A stretch of DNA of 63,639 nt, counting the filler, from Reticulomyxa filosa (lineage: Eukaryota > Protista > Foraminifera), in NCBI GenBank assembly GCA_000512085.1. It is 20 parts of 20 records of this genome, joined end to end, with 100 filler letters (N's around TTAATTAATTAA, not from the genome) between each part and the next. Parts side by side here need not be neighbours in the genome. Positions count along the whole stretch, not along the records: positions 34,708 to 42,507 come from ASPP01001859.1; positions 42,608 to 44,314 come from ASPP01025669.1; positions 44,415 to 45,648 come from ASPP01049774.1; positions 45,749 to 49,171 come from ASPP01037110.1; 16 more parts are not named here. One strand, given 5' to 3'. The notes below the pieces were generated by a model. That model did not search any database. It was not told the origin of the DNA and was given only the letters and a program-made list of their open reading frames with translations. Within the stretch, counting starts at the first letter, position 1. Every line of letters starts with the position of its first letter. Shown piece by piece: positions 34,776 to 48,600 of this stretch. The position numbers and the translations under genes were made by a program.

Positions 34776-36405
34776 TTGAATGACATAGCAAACTTAGACC
34801 CTGTTCACGAAGACAAAACACATCAATCGGAATCCGAGGAGTCAGCAAGTTCGCAAGAAGTGCGTCACGATTCTCAAAAGAAGGATCGGCTCAAATCTCG
34901 TCCACAAGACAAAAAAAGCGAGCCGACACAATCATCGAATTTGCTGGCGGCGCCTGTGGACGACACTGAAAAAAATCCACAATTAAATGATTTGCAACAA
35001 TCCATGGATGAGTTGTTAAGACACTTGAAACAACCATCAATGGTCAATTTCCAAAAAATGTTGGAAAAAGGCTTGAATCAACCTTTTGGAATTCCTGTCA
35101 AAATATCTTCTCCTCACGACAAAGAAGAAGAAGGAAATGATCCTGATGTTGATTCTACTCCTTCCAAAGATGTTACTCCATTTGTTTATATTTTGAGGGG
35201 AACAATATACATTCAACTCATCACTGAATAGATTATATCAGAATTCCAATTCACCCATTTTCACAATAATAAAAAGGCTTCAAAGGGCAAAAAAATTGGA
35301 GACCTACGCAAAGAAATAGAACAAGTCAAGAAACAACTTGCGGCAATGGAAAATACCCACCAAACATTGGAAGCCAATTTAAAGTATAGTCATTGTATTT
35401 ATAAGCATTTAATATATTCATAATTTTATATTATTGTTTACAACACATCAGATACAAAGACGGCATAATTGAAGAACAAAAAAGAACACTACAAAATGAA
35501 AAGAACTTTCGCAGCGTTATGTGTTTTGAGTTCTCATATTCAATTGAGTCTCCATTGTCATCATCTTAACAAAACATTTAATGAATGTCTCCATGTCAAT
35601 ACAGACTGTTCAAGAATGGAAAAGTGATTTGCTCAAAGAAATTGCCACATTGATAAAACCGGGCCAAATACATCATCGTCAATCGTCATGGGGAGAAGTT
35701 TCGTTTATTTTGTTTTGCAAACAACCACTTCTTACATTTATTTGCTCAATCAATAAAGGACTCGTTCAAGGTTATTGGAGCACTAGGTGTTGGTCAAGAC
35801 GAAATAATTGAAAAGCTAAATCAAATTTCTGAAATGCAGTTCCGTTTTGTCTTCACAACAATAAAGTGCATCAAATTAGACAATTACAAAAAAAAAAAAA
35901 AAAAAAGAAAAGCTGATTCAACAAAGCAGTCAACGCTACCAATCACAACAACCAAGTGGACAGGAATCAGTCAATAACACTACAGTTTCTACAGGAAATA
36001 CCTTGGTCACCAATGAAATGCAACAATTAATGCAACTAAGTACTAAATTAACCCAAGACATGGGTGCTGTTGGCATGCTCTCAACATTAAGGGAAGAATA
36101 CAAAATTATCCGTGATGAGAGAGACGCTTTGAAGAAAACTGTCGATCAATTCAGGTTTTGTTGTTGCTGTATTTTCTTTTTTTAGATGGACAATTCAATA
36201 TGACAAAACATGGTAAAAATTGTCAAATAGAAAACATAACACTGAATTGCTGACAAAAATAAATCAATTGGAACAAGAAGTTCTCTATTTGAGAGAATCC
36301 AAACGAACAACTGTTAAAAACATGGTGGATGAAATGAATGAAATGAGAGAGAAAATTGCTTCATTGTCACATATAACCAAAATCCAAGAACTTCCTTCGA
36401 AATGA
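34776..36405 (+). CDS. Multi-exon coiled-coil protein, 5'-partial
   Basis: Series of same-strand ORFs rich in E/K/Q/L heptads, separated by short GT-AG introns. Confidence 0.55.
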
Positions 36406-36795
36406 ATATTTCAACATGTTTCTCAGTTCTTTGTAATTGAGTGCAATCCAAGCTCTTTTTTATGTTTTGTAAATAATCACAAACTTTTTTCTGTCAATGT
36501 TTTGTGATGTGAAAAAAACAAGTTCGCTTCATAAAATTTTGTTGTATACTGAAAAAATACGGGTGTGAGTTTTTTTTTCAGTCTTTTTTAACACATATTT
36601 GCTATTTTTGCTCAAAGCAGAACATCCAAGCACACAGGACAGCAAACTTGAACTCAATTTTTTGAAAGAAAAAAAATGTCTTTTGATGGAACAAGGAAAA
36701 ACAAAGAATGAGATAGAACAACCTCCTCAGTCACAATAAACTTGTCAAAATGTTACTATTGAGGAGCGGAAGAGGGAGAGAACAAACAAATTCTT

Positions 36796-38102
36796 TCAAC
36801 TTGTTTCAGTCGTAGTTTGACTTTTAAATTTTTCCAATTGTTCGACAAAGTCTTGCTTTCTGTGAATTTTTTCTTTTTGTTGCTGGTCGAGATCTTCGCC
36901 TTGTTGAACTCTTTCTTCAAGTTGTTCGATCTCTTTCAGTTTTTTGCGCAGCCATCTTCTTGATTGTGCCGTCGATTTGACAGGTTCGGTGGGTTCATCG
37001 TCCTTGGGAGATTGCTTTTGATTGGGAAGCGTGGCTTCTTTTTCGAAGACCATCTGGCATTCACAACAAAACAACAGGTATGTACACATAAATATTGGAG
37101 AGTGTGAACAAATAAAACCTTTCCAGTTCCAAAAGTGAAATTGCCTCGACCTCTTACCAATACATCATCTCGTGGGTCTTCATAATTGTGTTGCTTAGGC
37201 ACTTTTGTGTGATGTTTTGATGTTGTGGCATGACCCCCCGAAAGAGATTTGTCCTCAATTTGTTGGGAAGATCTGTTTGTGGTATATTTGGATTGGCCAC
37301 CGTCAGTTTGCTTTTGCGCATGTGCCATTTCTGTCATATGTTTGATGACTTCATCTCGTAGCTTTCTTTCTTCAATCAATTGTTTCGTTCTGGAAATATT
37401 TTTCAAAAATTGTTTGGCGATATCCTTACGTAAATGCATGTCCACATTTTCATCGCCTTCCATTGACGGTAAACTCAAACTGTGTTTTTTGTTGTGAAGT
37501 GCTGCAAAATTGTCATCTCTATGGCGACTATTCATCATCGCATTGGACATTGGGCCAACGCTATCCTTTTTTTTCACGTGCCGATAACGGTCATATCTCG
37601 GATGCAAGCGCAATGGATTAACTACTGTTGCCAGAAATTCCGGATGTGGTGGTCTGTCCATCAAATGTGCGATTAACGATTCTAGATGATGACTGATGCG
37701 AGTACGTTCCTTTTCCTTTTCGATTCTTTGTTCTCGAAGTAGTTCCTCGTCATTCTCTATCACCATTTTTGCCATCATTCCATTCAAACCACTCACTCCC
37801 ATGTAATTTTCATTCTGCCACTCCTCTCGGTGCTTATTATTTTTTTTAAAAGCATTGCTCAAACATTATGTCTGTGTGTGAAGCAGATATGTTTTATGCA
37901 AACAGTTGTTTACTTGAGCTCCTTTGGTTTTGTACTTGTTTCTTTGATAATCAGACTCATTCATGTATCCTGCTTTCTTGATCCTGTCAGGTCGTCGGGT
38001 TCCATCAGAACGCAGCTCACCTCGAATCAAAATAGTTCCATCTTCCAATAATTCTTCATTTGGGGCCAATTTGACATTTGTTTTGGGTTTATTCGCTTGC
38101 AT
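36796..38102 (-). CDS. PYM/WIBG-like protein (partner of Y14-Mago); multi-exon
   Basis: N-terminal DGTILIRGELRSDGTRRPDRIKKAGY resembles the Mago-binding domain. C-terminal LRKKLKEIEQLEERVQQGEDLDQQQKEKI resembles the eIF2A-like tail. Confidence 0.7.
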
Positions 38103-38714
38103 TGCAAAATTACCAAAAAAAAAGGGAATAGTTCGAACAGAGCCAGCGTACCACAAAACAAACTACGTGTTTCATGATTTCAACTTTCAATTAGTTACTA
38201 TAATAAATAAACGACGCCCAAAAACTTACGAACAATAGTATCACAGAAAAAAGTGAGACGTAAAAAGGACGGATTGCACAAAAAAAATAAAAACCTTTTA
38301 AGAGATTGCTTATACGAGAAAATATGGATCTGGGGCATTAGTAAAATCAATACATCATTGGATAGCAGCTTTGCCAAAAACTCCTTTGGAACAGCTGCTC
38401 ACAAAGTCCACCAAAATTAAAAAGAGCATACATTCTTCATCTTGTTGGGTCTTGACAGAAAAACAAAAATTGGATTTATCGTGGCAAGAAAAAATAATAG
38501 TAATTTTTAATTGTAAAAGTTTTCTCGATGCAGTGCATTTGGCCAAGTGCTGTTTTTGCTGCTGTCAGGAATGTTCTTTTGGAACGAACGTTTCACAAAT
38601 CAATTGGTCATTTTTATGTTCCCCATTTGAGAGAAACTTTGACTTGCAAAACAGTCGTTGGATGTCTCAATCTGGCGTGTGTCCATCAGTAAATAACAAT
38701 GGGGAGCATTTACA

Positions 38715-40319
38715 TTGGAAATTTGCTGTTCCTTTGGGTGCTTGCATTTACTCTGTAAGAGCTTCATGCGAAAGAGTTGTTCTCTTATAAATGGTATGCC
38801 GGAAACCAAACACACTGTTACAACACAGACATACGACGAGTTGTCATTTTTATTTGGTTGGATTTCGGTAGTTTCTTGGACGTTTGCATTGCTACCGCAA
38901 ATTATCAGCAACTGTGTGCATCAAAGTGCGGAATCGCAGTCATTTTGGTTTTGGTTACTTTGGTTAGTAGGAGACGTGTGTAATTTAATAGGTTGCGTCT
39001 TAACGGACAACCTGGTGACCAACATAGCGCTGGCGCTGGTGTATCTGGGATTCACAGCAGTGGCTTTTGTTCAATTTGTGTGTTATGAGTTTTGTCTGCC
39101 GAAAATGAAGGCAGCACGTGTCAACGCAAATGAAAATGCAAGGGCATTGTACTCGCCATTTTACCAAAGTCCCTCTCAACAAATGGAAACCGCTAAGCCA
39201 AATATGACGCCGGTGTTGAAAATGGCGTTGCAAGTTTTGTGTCTATCCCTTTCTATCACATCCACGCATCGACACATGCGTGTGTCTTTCCTTGTCTTAT
39301 CACTTCCTTTGTTTTGTGTGAACTCAAGATCGCGCACCAAAGTCCGAGAATGTTCAACGTCGATATCAACTTGTCACCGCAAGCCCGCAATGAGCTGAAT
39401 CACTTATTGAACGAAAAGGATCCTTCCAATGTGAAAAAGCCGCCACATTCGAACAAGCGACGTGTCGTGATGACACGACTTGTTGTCCCTGGACGAGAGG
39501 ATCGTCAGGTGAACAGCGACATTCTTACCTCGATCAATGATGCGAGGACGTTCGCCTCAAATGATTCCTCTTCCACGTTGCCGTTACGTCGATCAACGAC
39601 TCACACAAGATCAGGAGAGGCGTTACTGATCTCGCGCTGCCCTCTCCCGCTTTGCAAGCGCTATCCACAGAAACAATGCCGCAAGCACACAAACAGGTGC
39701 AAATCATCCCTCGTGCTCACATTCACGACTCTTCTCAACATGCTGATATCACTCAAGAGGAGACAAAACGATCCTCCAAACAAAGCGCATCCAAGGGCGC
39801 CGTACTTTTTCGATTGGCACATTATTCGTTTGGTTCAACAGCTTCAACGCGGTCGTCAGCGATGCCACACAAACGCAGGCGCAAACACAAACACAAACTC
39901 ACATGACGTCGATATTGGACAAAATTGGCCTCATTCTGGGATGGATGTGCACCTTCATTTACATCAGCAGCCGAATTCCGCAATTGAAACTCATGTTAAC
40001 AACGAGAAAAGTACAAGGACTCAATCCTTTGTTTTTTTACTTAACCCTAACTGGAAACTTCACTCAATGTATCTCAATGCTAATCATGCCCGATATATAT
40101 CATCATTCATCGACGCTGATAACAATGCTTCCGTGGTTGCTATCAAGTAGCATATGCATGTTTCAAGACTCATTGATTTTATTCTTGTTGTATTGGTTCA
40201 AAGGTGTAATGCGTTCTTCTAAAACAAAGGGCTACGAACCTGAAGAGGAATACACACAATTGACAGCAAACTATGGAAGCTGTGATCAGACTGCTGCTTT
40301 ATTTACGGAGGAAAAGTGA
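38715..40319 (+). CDS. PQ-loop transporter (PQLC2/Ypq-like) with a long inter-loop region
   Basis: The first loop is SWTFALLPQII...WLVGDVCNLIG and the second is FIYISSRIPQL...GLNPLFF. Confidence 0.82.
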
Positions 40320-42623
40320 TTATTTGCTCTTAGTTCTTTGTTTTTAACTCCTGTTCAACGGTGTGGCTACTAAAATAAACACAAAGATCAATTGGCTTGT
40401 GTTAGTTTTTTGGTGAGTCTTTTAAATAATATTGGAATGGTGCTATTCTGAATTCATCCACATGGACGAAATTCTCCATAAAAAAAATTTCTTTTTAATA
40501 AATAACTAAAATCAGTATACAATGAATTGGAAACAAACAACAAAGAAATTTACTATAAAAAATAAGAAAATTACAACGAATAAGTGGAAAAAAAGGATTG
40601 AGGTCATCATTTTGTAAACTTTTTGTCAGTATCATACAAACACAATTTATAAGTACGTTGGCTTACTATAACTAGAAATCACAAGAGACAATCACAGCAA
40701 GGCATTTATAGTCGAGAAATAATCTAAAGAATCGAAAACAACAAGAACTAGAAACGCACAAAAATAATACCAAACTGTAAAACAGACAGCAAACAAAATA
40801 ATGTAAGAAATTGTAAGACCTAAACGATTGCAGCGAACAACTGGAAACAATATACTATTATCAGTCAAACTTAACTACTAAACTTCAATACAAAAGTTTA
40901 ATTGTTCGCTTAGTTGCATTATAAATATAATATCGAAAGTTGTATTAAATAAGTATGTACATAACAGCATTAATTTCCACATCATCGGCACACGCAGGAG
41001 GATAAATCAATTTAAGAAGTCTTCCAACTGACATAACAACGAGTCTGTTAGCGCACCAGTATTACCATTAGCACATAAGTGAAACAACATGTAATCATTT
41101 CAATAGCTATTTAAAGGCAACAAACAGTAAGAAATAGAAAACAAAAAAGTACAACGATCAGATAAACAAGCACAATGGAGTCGAAGCAGTATAGACGCAA
41201 ATAGAGCAAATACACAAGAAAATTGCAAGGAGATAGCAATCTATATAAAGAGAAACTACATTAATGAAAACGAAATAAAAGAAACTAAGAAAAAAAGTAT
41301 GATAAATAAAACGTTGAACATAAACTCAGAAATATAGAATAAGAACTTGATAACGTAAACTGACTAGATTGTACAAAAAATGTTACAAAATAATAATAAT
41401 TACAAAACAGCACACAAACAATGCAAAAATAAGAGACTAATTTCAAGATAGTATAATAAAAGGAACAAAATAGATTATAATAAAATCTTAAGAGATCAGT
41501 AGCTTTATGTTCATAACTGAAATGAAACATGAAGATCTGGAGCGTTATGTCGAAAAGATTTATATTTATAATTTTGATCATTCTAACATAAATAATACAT
41601 TCAATGTATTTGGTATGAATCGTATTTAGTGGAAACATCATGTCATGATCAAAAAAGACAATTATTATTCTGCAGTTCTATCAAAATATGCAGCGTAAAC
41701 AATTCAATATTCAATCATTAGAGCAAGAACTGCAATATAATCTAAAAATCACTGAATATATTGTAATTATGGAGATTGGAATTCAAATTATCATGAATGT
41801 CTTTCATGAATGTGCAATTGAACTGCAATGCGTTAATAATAAGGAATCTTATAATGAAATCGAAAACATATTCACATGATCCAGTCAATGCAACATCAAG
41901 TGTTGGTGTCACATTATGTTCACAGTCTATTCTTCAGTTGATTAATCGGAAAAATGGTGGTGTGTAATTAGATCATCAGCAACAAATGATAACAATTTAG
42001 ATTAAGATTGAAAAGGAAGATTGATAATTGGATGCAATTTATGATCCAATTATCGGGAGATAAAGACCTTTTGGACAAAGTAGTCAAATCTTGAACCAAA
42101 TGTGTTTTTGAAGCTGGAGAATCAACAATTGGTCAAAATGGTATAGGAAGGCAAACTGTGGTAAAATAATAGTTTAAATCGATTACGAAAGATAGTTCAA
42201 AAATCAAAGACTGATTTCGTAAACAAAGAATACCAAGGAATTTGGTGCAGTATAAGAGAACTTCCAAGCAATTGCGAAGAAAATTACAATTAGAAAATCA
42301 ATTCGCTGCATGAAGGAATACAAAGAATTTTTCGCAAATGCATATATTATTGGTGTTCAAAGAAAAAAACTCAGTAGCAAGATCAGATGGTAAGTCATAT
42401 CTATTGACAAAGACATTTGCAGAACATCAGCCCCAAAAATATTATAAAATGGCTGAAGATGACGAGATATAAAATGAAGAATGAATCTAAATTAGATGGA
42501 AGATCATNNNNNNNNNNNNNNNNNNNNNNNNNNNNNNNNNNNNNNNNNNNNTTAATTAATTAANNNNNNNNNNNNNNNNNNNNNNNNNNNNNNNNNNNNN
42601 NNNNNNNTGAAAAGAAAAACAGA

Positions 42624-44298
42624 GTGTGTAAAGTTGCAAACGAATTTACAAAAGAATTAATGCAAGCCTGTCGATATGAGAAAAATTGTCCACTTTCACA
42701 AGTATATGGAGCAATATTAGGTGGATGTCTACAAAATAGATTGGCTATCCGTCATAAACATAATTCCGCCATTATATTTTTATTTCAATTGGACAAAAAC
42801 AGCAAACATGACCGTTATTATGCCGAAAACACGCAAATGCAGATATTAGATTGGATACGCAGATATTTCGAAATAGGACGACTGCATTCTGAAAGAAGTC
42901 TGTGGATTAAATATGACAAATGTGAATTTAACATTTTGGTTGCATTTACTTATGAAAGACAAAAGTATTGTCAATTTAATTTGAAAGAAAATAAACAACA
43001 TTTGCGTTTATTTAATTCTGAGGAAGTTGAAAAGATAGCACATGATTTGATGTCAAGTTATAATCAATATAAAAATGCAATCCAAGATGTCCAAATACAA
43101 GATCACATATATATTGATTTTTTAAATCAAAATATGAGTACTGTATTTTCAATTTTGAGAACCTATTACATCAGAGATGACCACATTGGAACTGAAACTC
43201 GACTTGCTATCTTGCTATTGAAAGCATGGAAATACTATTTGCTTCGTCGAAAAATTTGCTATGATTTTATAGAAGACGTTAGTATTGAAATGCTTTGTGT
43301 GTATGCCAAAGATTTGATTGTGAAAGATCAACAACGACAACAAGAAGAAGAAAAAAAAATGATGATGAGCAAAAAAAGGAAGAACAAGAAATTACTCTAC
43401 TTGATATTGTTCAACAAGTCCTTTCTTTGTTGGTTTACATTGGTGAACATGTAGAACTGTTCAGTCCTTGTATGTTAGTGTGGCCCCATCAGAGAGTACC
43501 AATTGACACATTAATTACACCAAATGATATTGAGGCATGGGTTAAAAAACAAAACAACTACTATTTAAATGACTGTCCTATTCTCATAGACAATATTGTT
43601 TTGCGTTTCGTTTTACAAATAAAGAGATATCTTTCACTTCATCTTACTTTATCCAAAAAAATATTAAATAAACAATGATTTTGATAAAATGTATAGGAAA
43701 CATCGCAGAAGGTACAAAAGAACAGTGTTGGAAAGATTTAGGCGAGCAAGCCAAAGTTGCTTTGGATTATTTAATGACAGATAATCCTAAAAGATGGATT
43801 GATTCATTAGTTTATTGTGAAAATGAAGATGAATGTTATGTTTATCTTGTTTTGTCTCACAATAAATAATAAATAAATAAATATGAATGAATTTGATAAA
43901 TAGACACAAAATTAGATGAAAGAATGGAAAAGGAAGAAATAGAAGAAATAGAAAGAATGAGAAATAAAGAAAAATTTAATAAAAAAGATATCAAACAAAA
44001 ATATAACATTGCAGTTACAATAACAATGTATGTGATTGAGCACTGTTTCTCTCAAGGCAATTACTGTTGGTCAGCTGCTCAAATTAAAATGCGACGGAAG
44101 AGAATTGCGAAAAGATTAAAGTTCTCGTTTAATTTTTATTATATAGACGAAGTACTTAATCAAATGTACACAGAAGGTATTTTAGAGAGATATCAGATAA
44201 ATCAAGTTAACCATTTTGCATGGAAGACAGGATGTGCAAAGCCAAGATTAAAAACAATCAAGTATTTGTCATCAATGTTGCCACGTTACAAGTGGTAA
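42624..44298 (+). CDS. 2'-5'-oligoadenylate-synthetase-like nucleotidyltransferase with degenerate catalytic residues; multi-exon, with an apparent frameshift in an A-run near 43350
   Basis: OAS-like motifs appear in order: LGGC...NSAIIF (cf. GGS...DADLV), EFNILVAF (cf. EFDVLPAF), LAILLLKAW (cf. LIRLVKHW), SIEMLCVYA (cf. ALELLTVYA), PILID (cf. PVILD) and NIA...CWKDLGEQA (cf. NV...W..LAxEA). Confidence 0.65.
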
Positions 44299-45340
44299 AT
44301 TTCTGCTGAATATTNNNNNNNNNNNNNNNNNNNNNNNNNNNNNNNNNNNNNNNNNNNNTTAATTAATTAANNNNNNNNNNNNNNNNNNNNNNNNNNNNNN
44401 NNNNNNNNNNNNNNAAAAAAAAAAAAAAAAAGTGCTCTCATTATCTTTTTTTTAAGTGGTTCATTTATTTTATTTTATTTTTTTTATTAATACGTAACTC
44501 TCTCATCGAACCCCTTTTCCCTTTTGTCTTGCGGATATGCACATATACTTTTTTTTTTTTTTGTCCCGCTTGGCTTTTTTCACAAAACATGCGCAAGGCA
44601 ATTGTGACTGAGGGAAAAAGGTCTTTCCGAAGAGAATTTATGCGTATGTTGTGGTAGAGAGGAGCAAAAAGTTAATCGTCAAGAAAGGTAGGAATGCGGA
44701 GAATATGGGAGGGGGGGGGGAGAAAAAAAAAAGTGGTGAAAAGTAGCAGACTGCAAATACCTATCCATGAAACTGATTCCTTTGTTTTTTCGCTCGGTTT
44801 CCATGATTCTACACACAAGTTTTCGTGGAAGTTAAAACAGAAATCTTAGATTAAGTAACAAATCAGAAAAAATATTTACTTCCAAAAAAAAAAAAAAGGG
44901 CTACGGCCAAGGGCACTAAAACAAACTGTAGTACGTACTGACTGGTCTTGGATTAAAAGTAGTTGCTTTAAATGCTATATACTTAATCCAATACATATTT
45001 GTCAGGGATTATTCTTTGGAGAATGCCATCAAAAATATAAGGCAAAACTTCAACAAAGCAGGCGCTCTTTATAACAAAGTGAGTACTCCTTTTTCTTATT
45101 TTCGTAAGAAAGCATTCTCGAAAGTGCGAATTATCATGCTTATGACATCGGAAATTACTCTAATATTTGAGCGGAACTTTTGAAAGGGAAAGAAATGGCC
45201 CCCTAACATACTTTGCTCAGCTCTTACAAAAGTAATCTTACAATTGAACAAAATGTTTCGATGATTTGAGTTATGGAAGGAAAAAAAAAATCAAACTTAG
45301 ATCGTTTGTCAAAAATATTTTTTCCTCATTAAGACATTAT

Positions 45341-45634
45341 TCATTTTGTATTTTTGTCATTGTCCTTGTTTGTAGGATTGTTCGTGCTATTTTTTGTGTT
45401 TGTTCCTGTTCCTTTATCAGGAACCGTAGGCAAATGAGACGTTTGTAGCTTTGGGCTGTGTTGCAATTGCGATTCGGGCAAGGTAAATTCTCCCAAATAA
45501 TTTGCTGCTCTTTCTATATCAGTACCGCACGTTTTCACTGCTTTTACACAATCTTCCCATGGAAATCCCATATTGGCCAATTTCAGTGCGGCTTGAGTTT
45601 GTTCTTCTGTTAGTTCCACTAAACACAACCACAC
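45341..45634 (-). CDS. UBA-domain exon
   Basis: LANMGFPWEDCVKAVKTCGTDIERAANYL matches the UBA MGF...A...L pattern. Confidence 0.75.
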   Translation of the reverse strand: MWLCLVELTEEQTQAALKLANMGFPWEDCVKAVKTCGTDIERAANYLGEFTLPESQLQHSPKLQTSHLPTVPDKGTGTNTKNSTNNPTNKDNDKNTK

Positions 45635-48600
45635 AGTCTACGCTTTCANNNNNNNNNNNNNNNNNNNNNNNNNNNNNNNNNNNNNNNNNNNNTTAATTAA
45701 TTAANNNNNNNNNNNNNNNNNNNNNNNNNNNNNNNNNNNNNNNNNNNNATTCTTTGTTGCCAAGCGTTTTTCATACTTTCCTCTCATATTATATTTGCCA
45801 CATAACGTCAACGAGCAAGTATCCATTGTATTGAAACGTATACAAATATGATAACACAAGATAAATCGAGTCTTTTTTTTGTCGTCATTGTGAATTAGGA
45901 AATATTTTTTTCCATCGCAGTTATTGGTCCACCAATCATCGAGTTCGAGTCCCAACATTTTTTTATCACAACTAAAATCAATCCAATTCAACTTTGATGT
46001 TTTTGCTCCTTGTGTCGATCGTATCATTGTCACCGTCGGCAACTCCCGTAACATTGGCTTTTCTATCATGAGCCCCCTGTGTACATTGAGGAACTCCAAA
46101 ACGACCACTTCTTCACCTTTGCTAAATTTCAATGAATTTGACCGTCGCTTAATTTTGCCACGAGCTCAGTCCCAAGTAGTAAAGCCCATACTCAAAGTTT
46201 CGTATCCATCGTGAACGGGCAAAGAATTCTTCAAATACAATTCTTTGCAGAGGGCTGCCGTTCATCCAACGCAATACCAATGACAATTTAAGCTTTGGAG
46301 AAATCGATTTTTTTAAAAAAAGCCAACGGTTCCAATCGCACCGTTTCTTGTTCGGACATGGTCTCCGATTAAAGGTATCGATCGTCGGTGGCAGCATCCG
46401 ATGGCATTTTCCAGTTAAATAATGGAGTCATGTTTTCTTCTTTCACTCACAAATATCTCTTTTCTTTCTTTTTATTATTGTTACAATTTCAGTCGTTTTT
46501 CTTGTACGTATTCTGGTCTTTACCACTCGCCATTGAATTTCGTCATGCTTTGCAAATAGCCATCCTTTTTTTATGCGGATCCTCACTGTATTGGAGATTG
46601 CCTTTCTGCACTCAAACTATCCATTGGTCAATGATATGTCAAACAGCACTTTTTTGCCTTGCTTCCATCTTTTGCATTTTCATCATACGAGTCGTTTTGA
46701 GAGTTTACAATTGCAGCGCAGGCCCAAGTTTTCGACGAAGTCGGATATGCAAGTGAAATATCTACGTCACTACATACGATCAAAATACGTAATGCCATTG
46801 ACACTGAAGTCGAGTTGGATCGGTGAAATCCCATTCAATGATGGAGGGAAGTTAAAATTCGTATTCATCTTCATTATTGGACGTATTCATTCCTTGACGT
46901 TATTGAATGCCATGGTTCAACGATTTTTGATTACTACGCGATTATGATTTAAAACTCACGCGACTCGAATCCGACTAAGAAAATAAAAATTGGCGATCTT
47001 TACTCATTTTTCTCCAAATACTGGGAAAATGCAACGAATACAAAGTATTATCGCATCCAACACGTTGTTCGTAGTCCATATTTGATTCCAGAGACTGCCA
47101 GATAAGCGCCAATTATCTTTTGCCGAATAATGTAAGGCACGAAACTTTATAATGATGGAGTCAAAAAATGCAAACGGCCATCTCTCTATTTTTTCTTCGA
47201 TCATCAATACTTATGCTACTCACGAGATCACCATTCCTTCTATCAGCAGCACTCACGACTCGAAACCCAAATTTGCGAATATGCGCATGCACACAAACAG
47301 CTCGACACGAATAATTTCATTTCTATAACGACCTTGTTCGTTGAAGCCGATCGATACATGTCTGGAAACGTAAAGTTGCCACTCGCGGCGTGAAGAGCTA
47401 AAACCGAACTCATGGTTTTCTCGATGTGAGGTGGACATTTTTTAGCAACTTCCTCGACTTCCACTTTTTTCTTCCTTGCATTCTACGTTTTCTCTGCCGT
47501 CATTGAGACATCACAATGTCGGCATCATTCCTACTTTGCGCGTATTATCATATTTTTTTTTTCTTCTTGGTAAGTTTGATTTTGTCGTTTGGCGGCCAAG
47601 AGCTCCATCGTCCGGATTGAACTGGGGATATCTTATCCACTATAGCTGATGGCCTCGTACTTGATGACATCACCCTTTCAATGACAAACATGGTTTGTGC
47701 GGATATTTCCAACGTTGCAATTGGTGATTTGACTAGTGATGGATTATCGTTCTTCTTATTATTTTTTCATGGGCCATTCACTTCTTCTATCGGCATATGC
47801 ATGATCAAACTTCAAAAATGCGGATGTGCGCACGCATACAACCAGTTTCTGTGTTTTTTTTAAACAAATCCATAACGATATAACACAAATAATTGTTTGC
47901 ATATACTTGTATGCGCCGACGTTGCTGGAGAATAAATTTTTTTAATGTTTCGGGTTTGCCACACTCGTTCTACACTTTCATTGGAGCGAAATGGGAAGGT
48001 AGTCCACGCACTTGAGTGACGACTTTGATCGTTTCCAGAAATTAACAATTCTATGATCAAAGTCAGCAAAGATTAACTACTGTTTTTTAAAAAACAACTC
48101 GATGTTATTCTGGATTCTCTTCATCATCTTCTTACTATTCTTGCTTGTCGACATCTTGATGGAATTTCTCACAACTAATCCACAAAATTGGACCACTTTC
48201 TTGAATGATTCCACTTTGTAGTGATTTGCTCAATTGAATGCGTGAGCATTTTTTAACAACTTAATATTTTTTTCTTCACTCCTTCAACAAGTCGACTGTC
48301 GGCGATTTAGTCGATCACTTAACAATTAAATAAAGATCTCAACGAATTTTTTTGCTGCTGTTGCTTTGCTCTTCTTCATATTTTTCTTCTTAATAAACTT
48401 TTTCATTTTCCTTTTTTTTCTTTTTATCTTTCTTTTATCTTTTTTGTTCATTTTTATCTTTTTTTTTTTCTTTTTTCCATATTGTCATTTTTTTATTTTT
48501 TAATTTTTATTTCCAACATTTTTTTTCATTTTTAAATTTTCTAATTCTTTAAATTTTTCTTTTCTTTTCTTAAATAAAAATTATTTCCAATTTTTTCCCA

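Noticed and set aside
40400-42507. A-rich region with short ORFs, possibly a degraded gene
   Set aside because: No motif I can support, so it is left unannotated.
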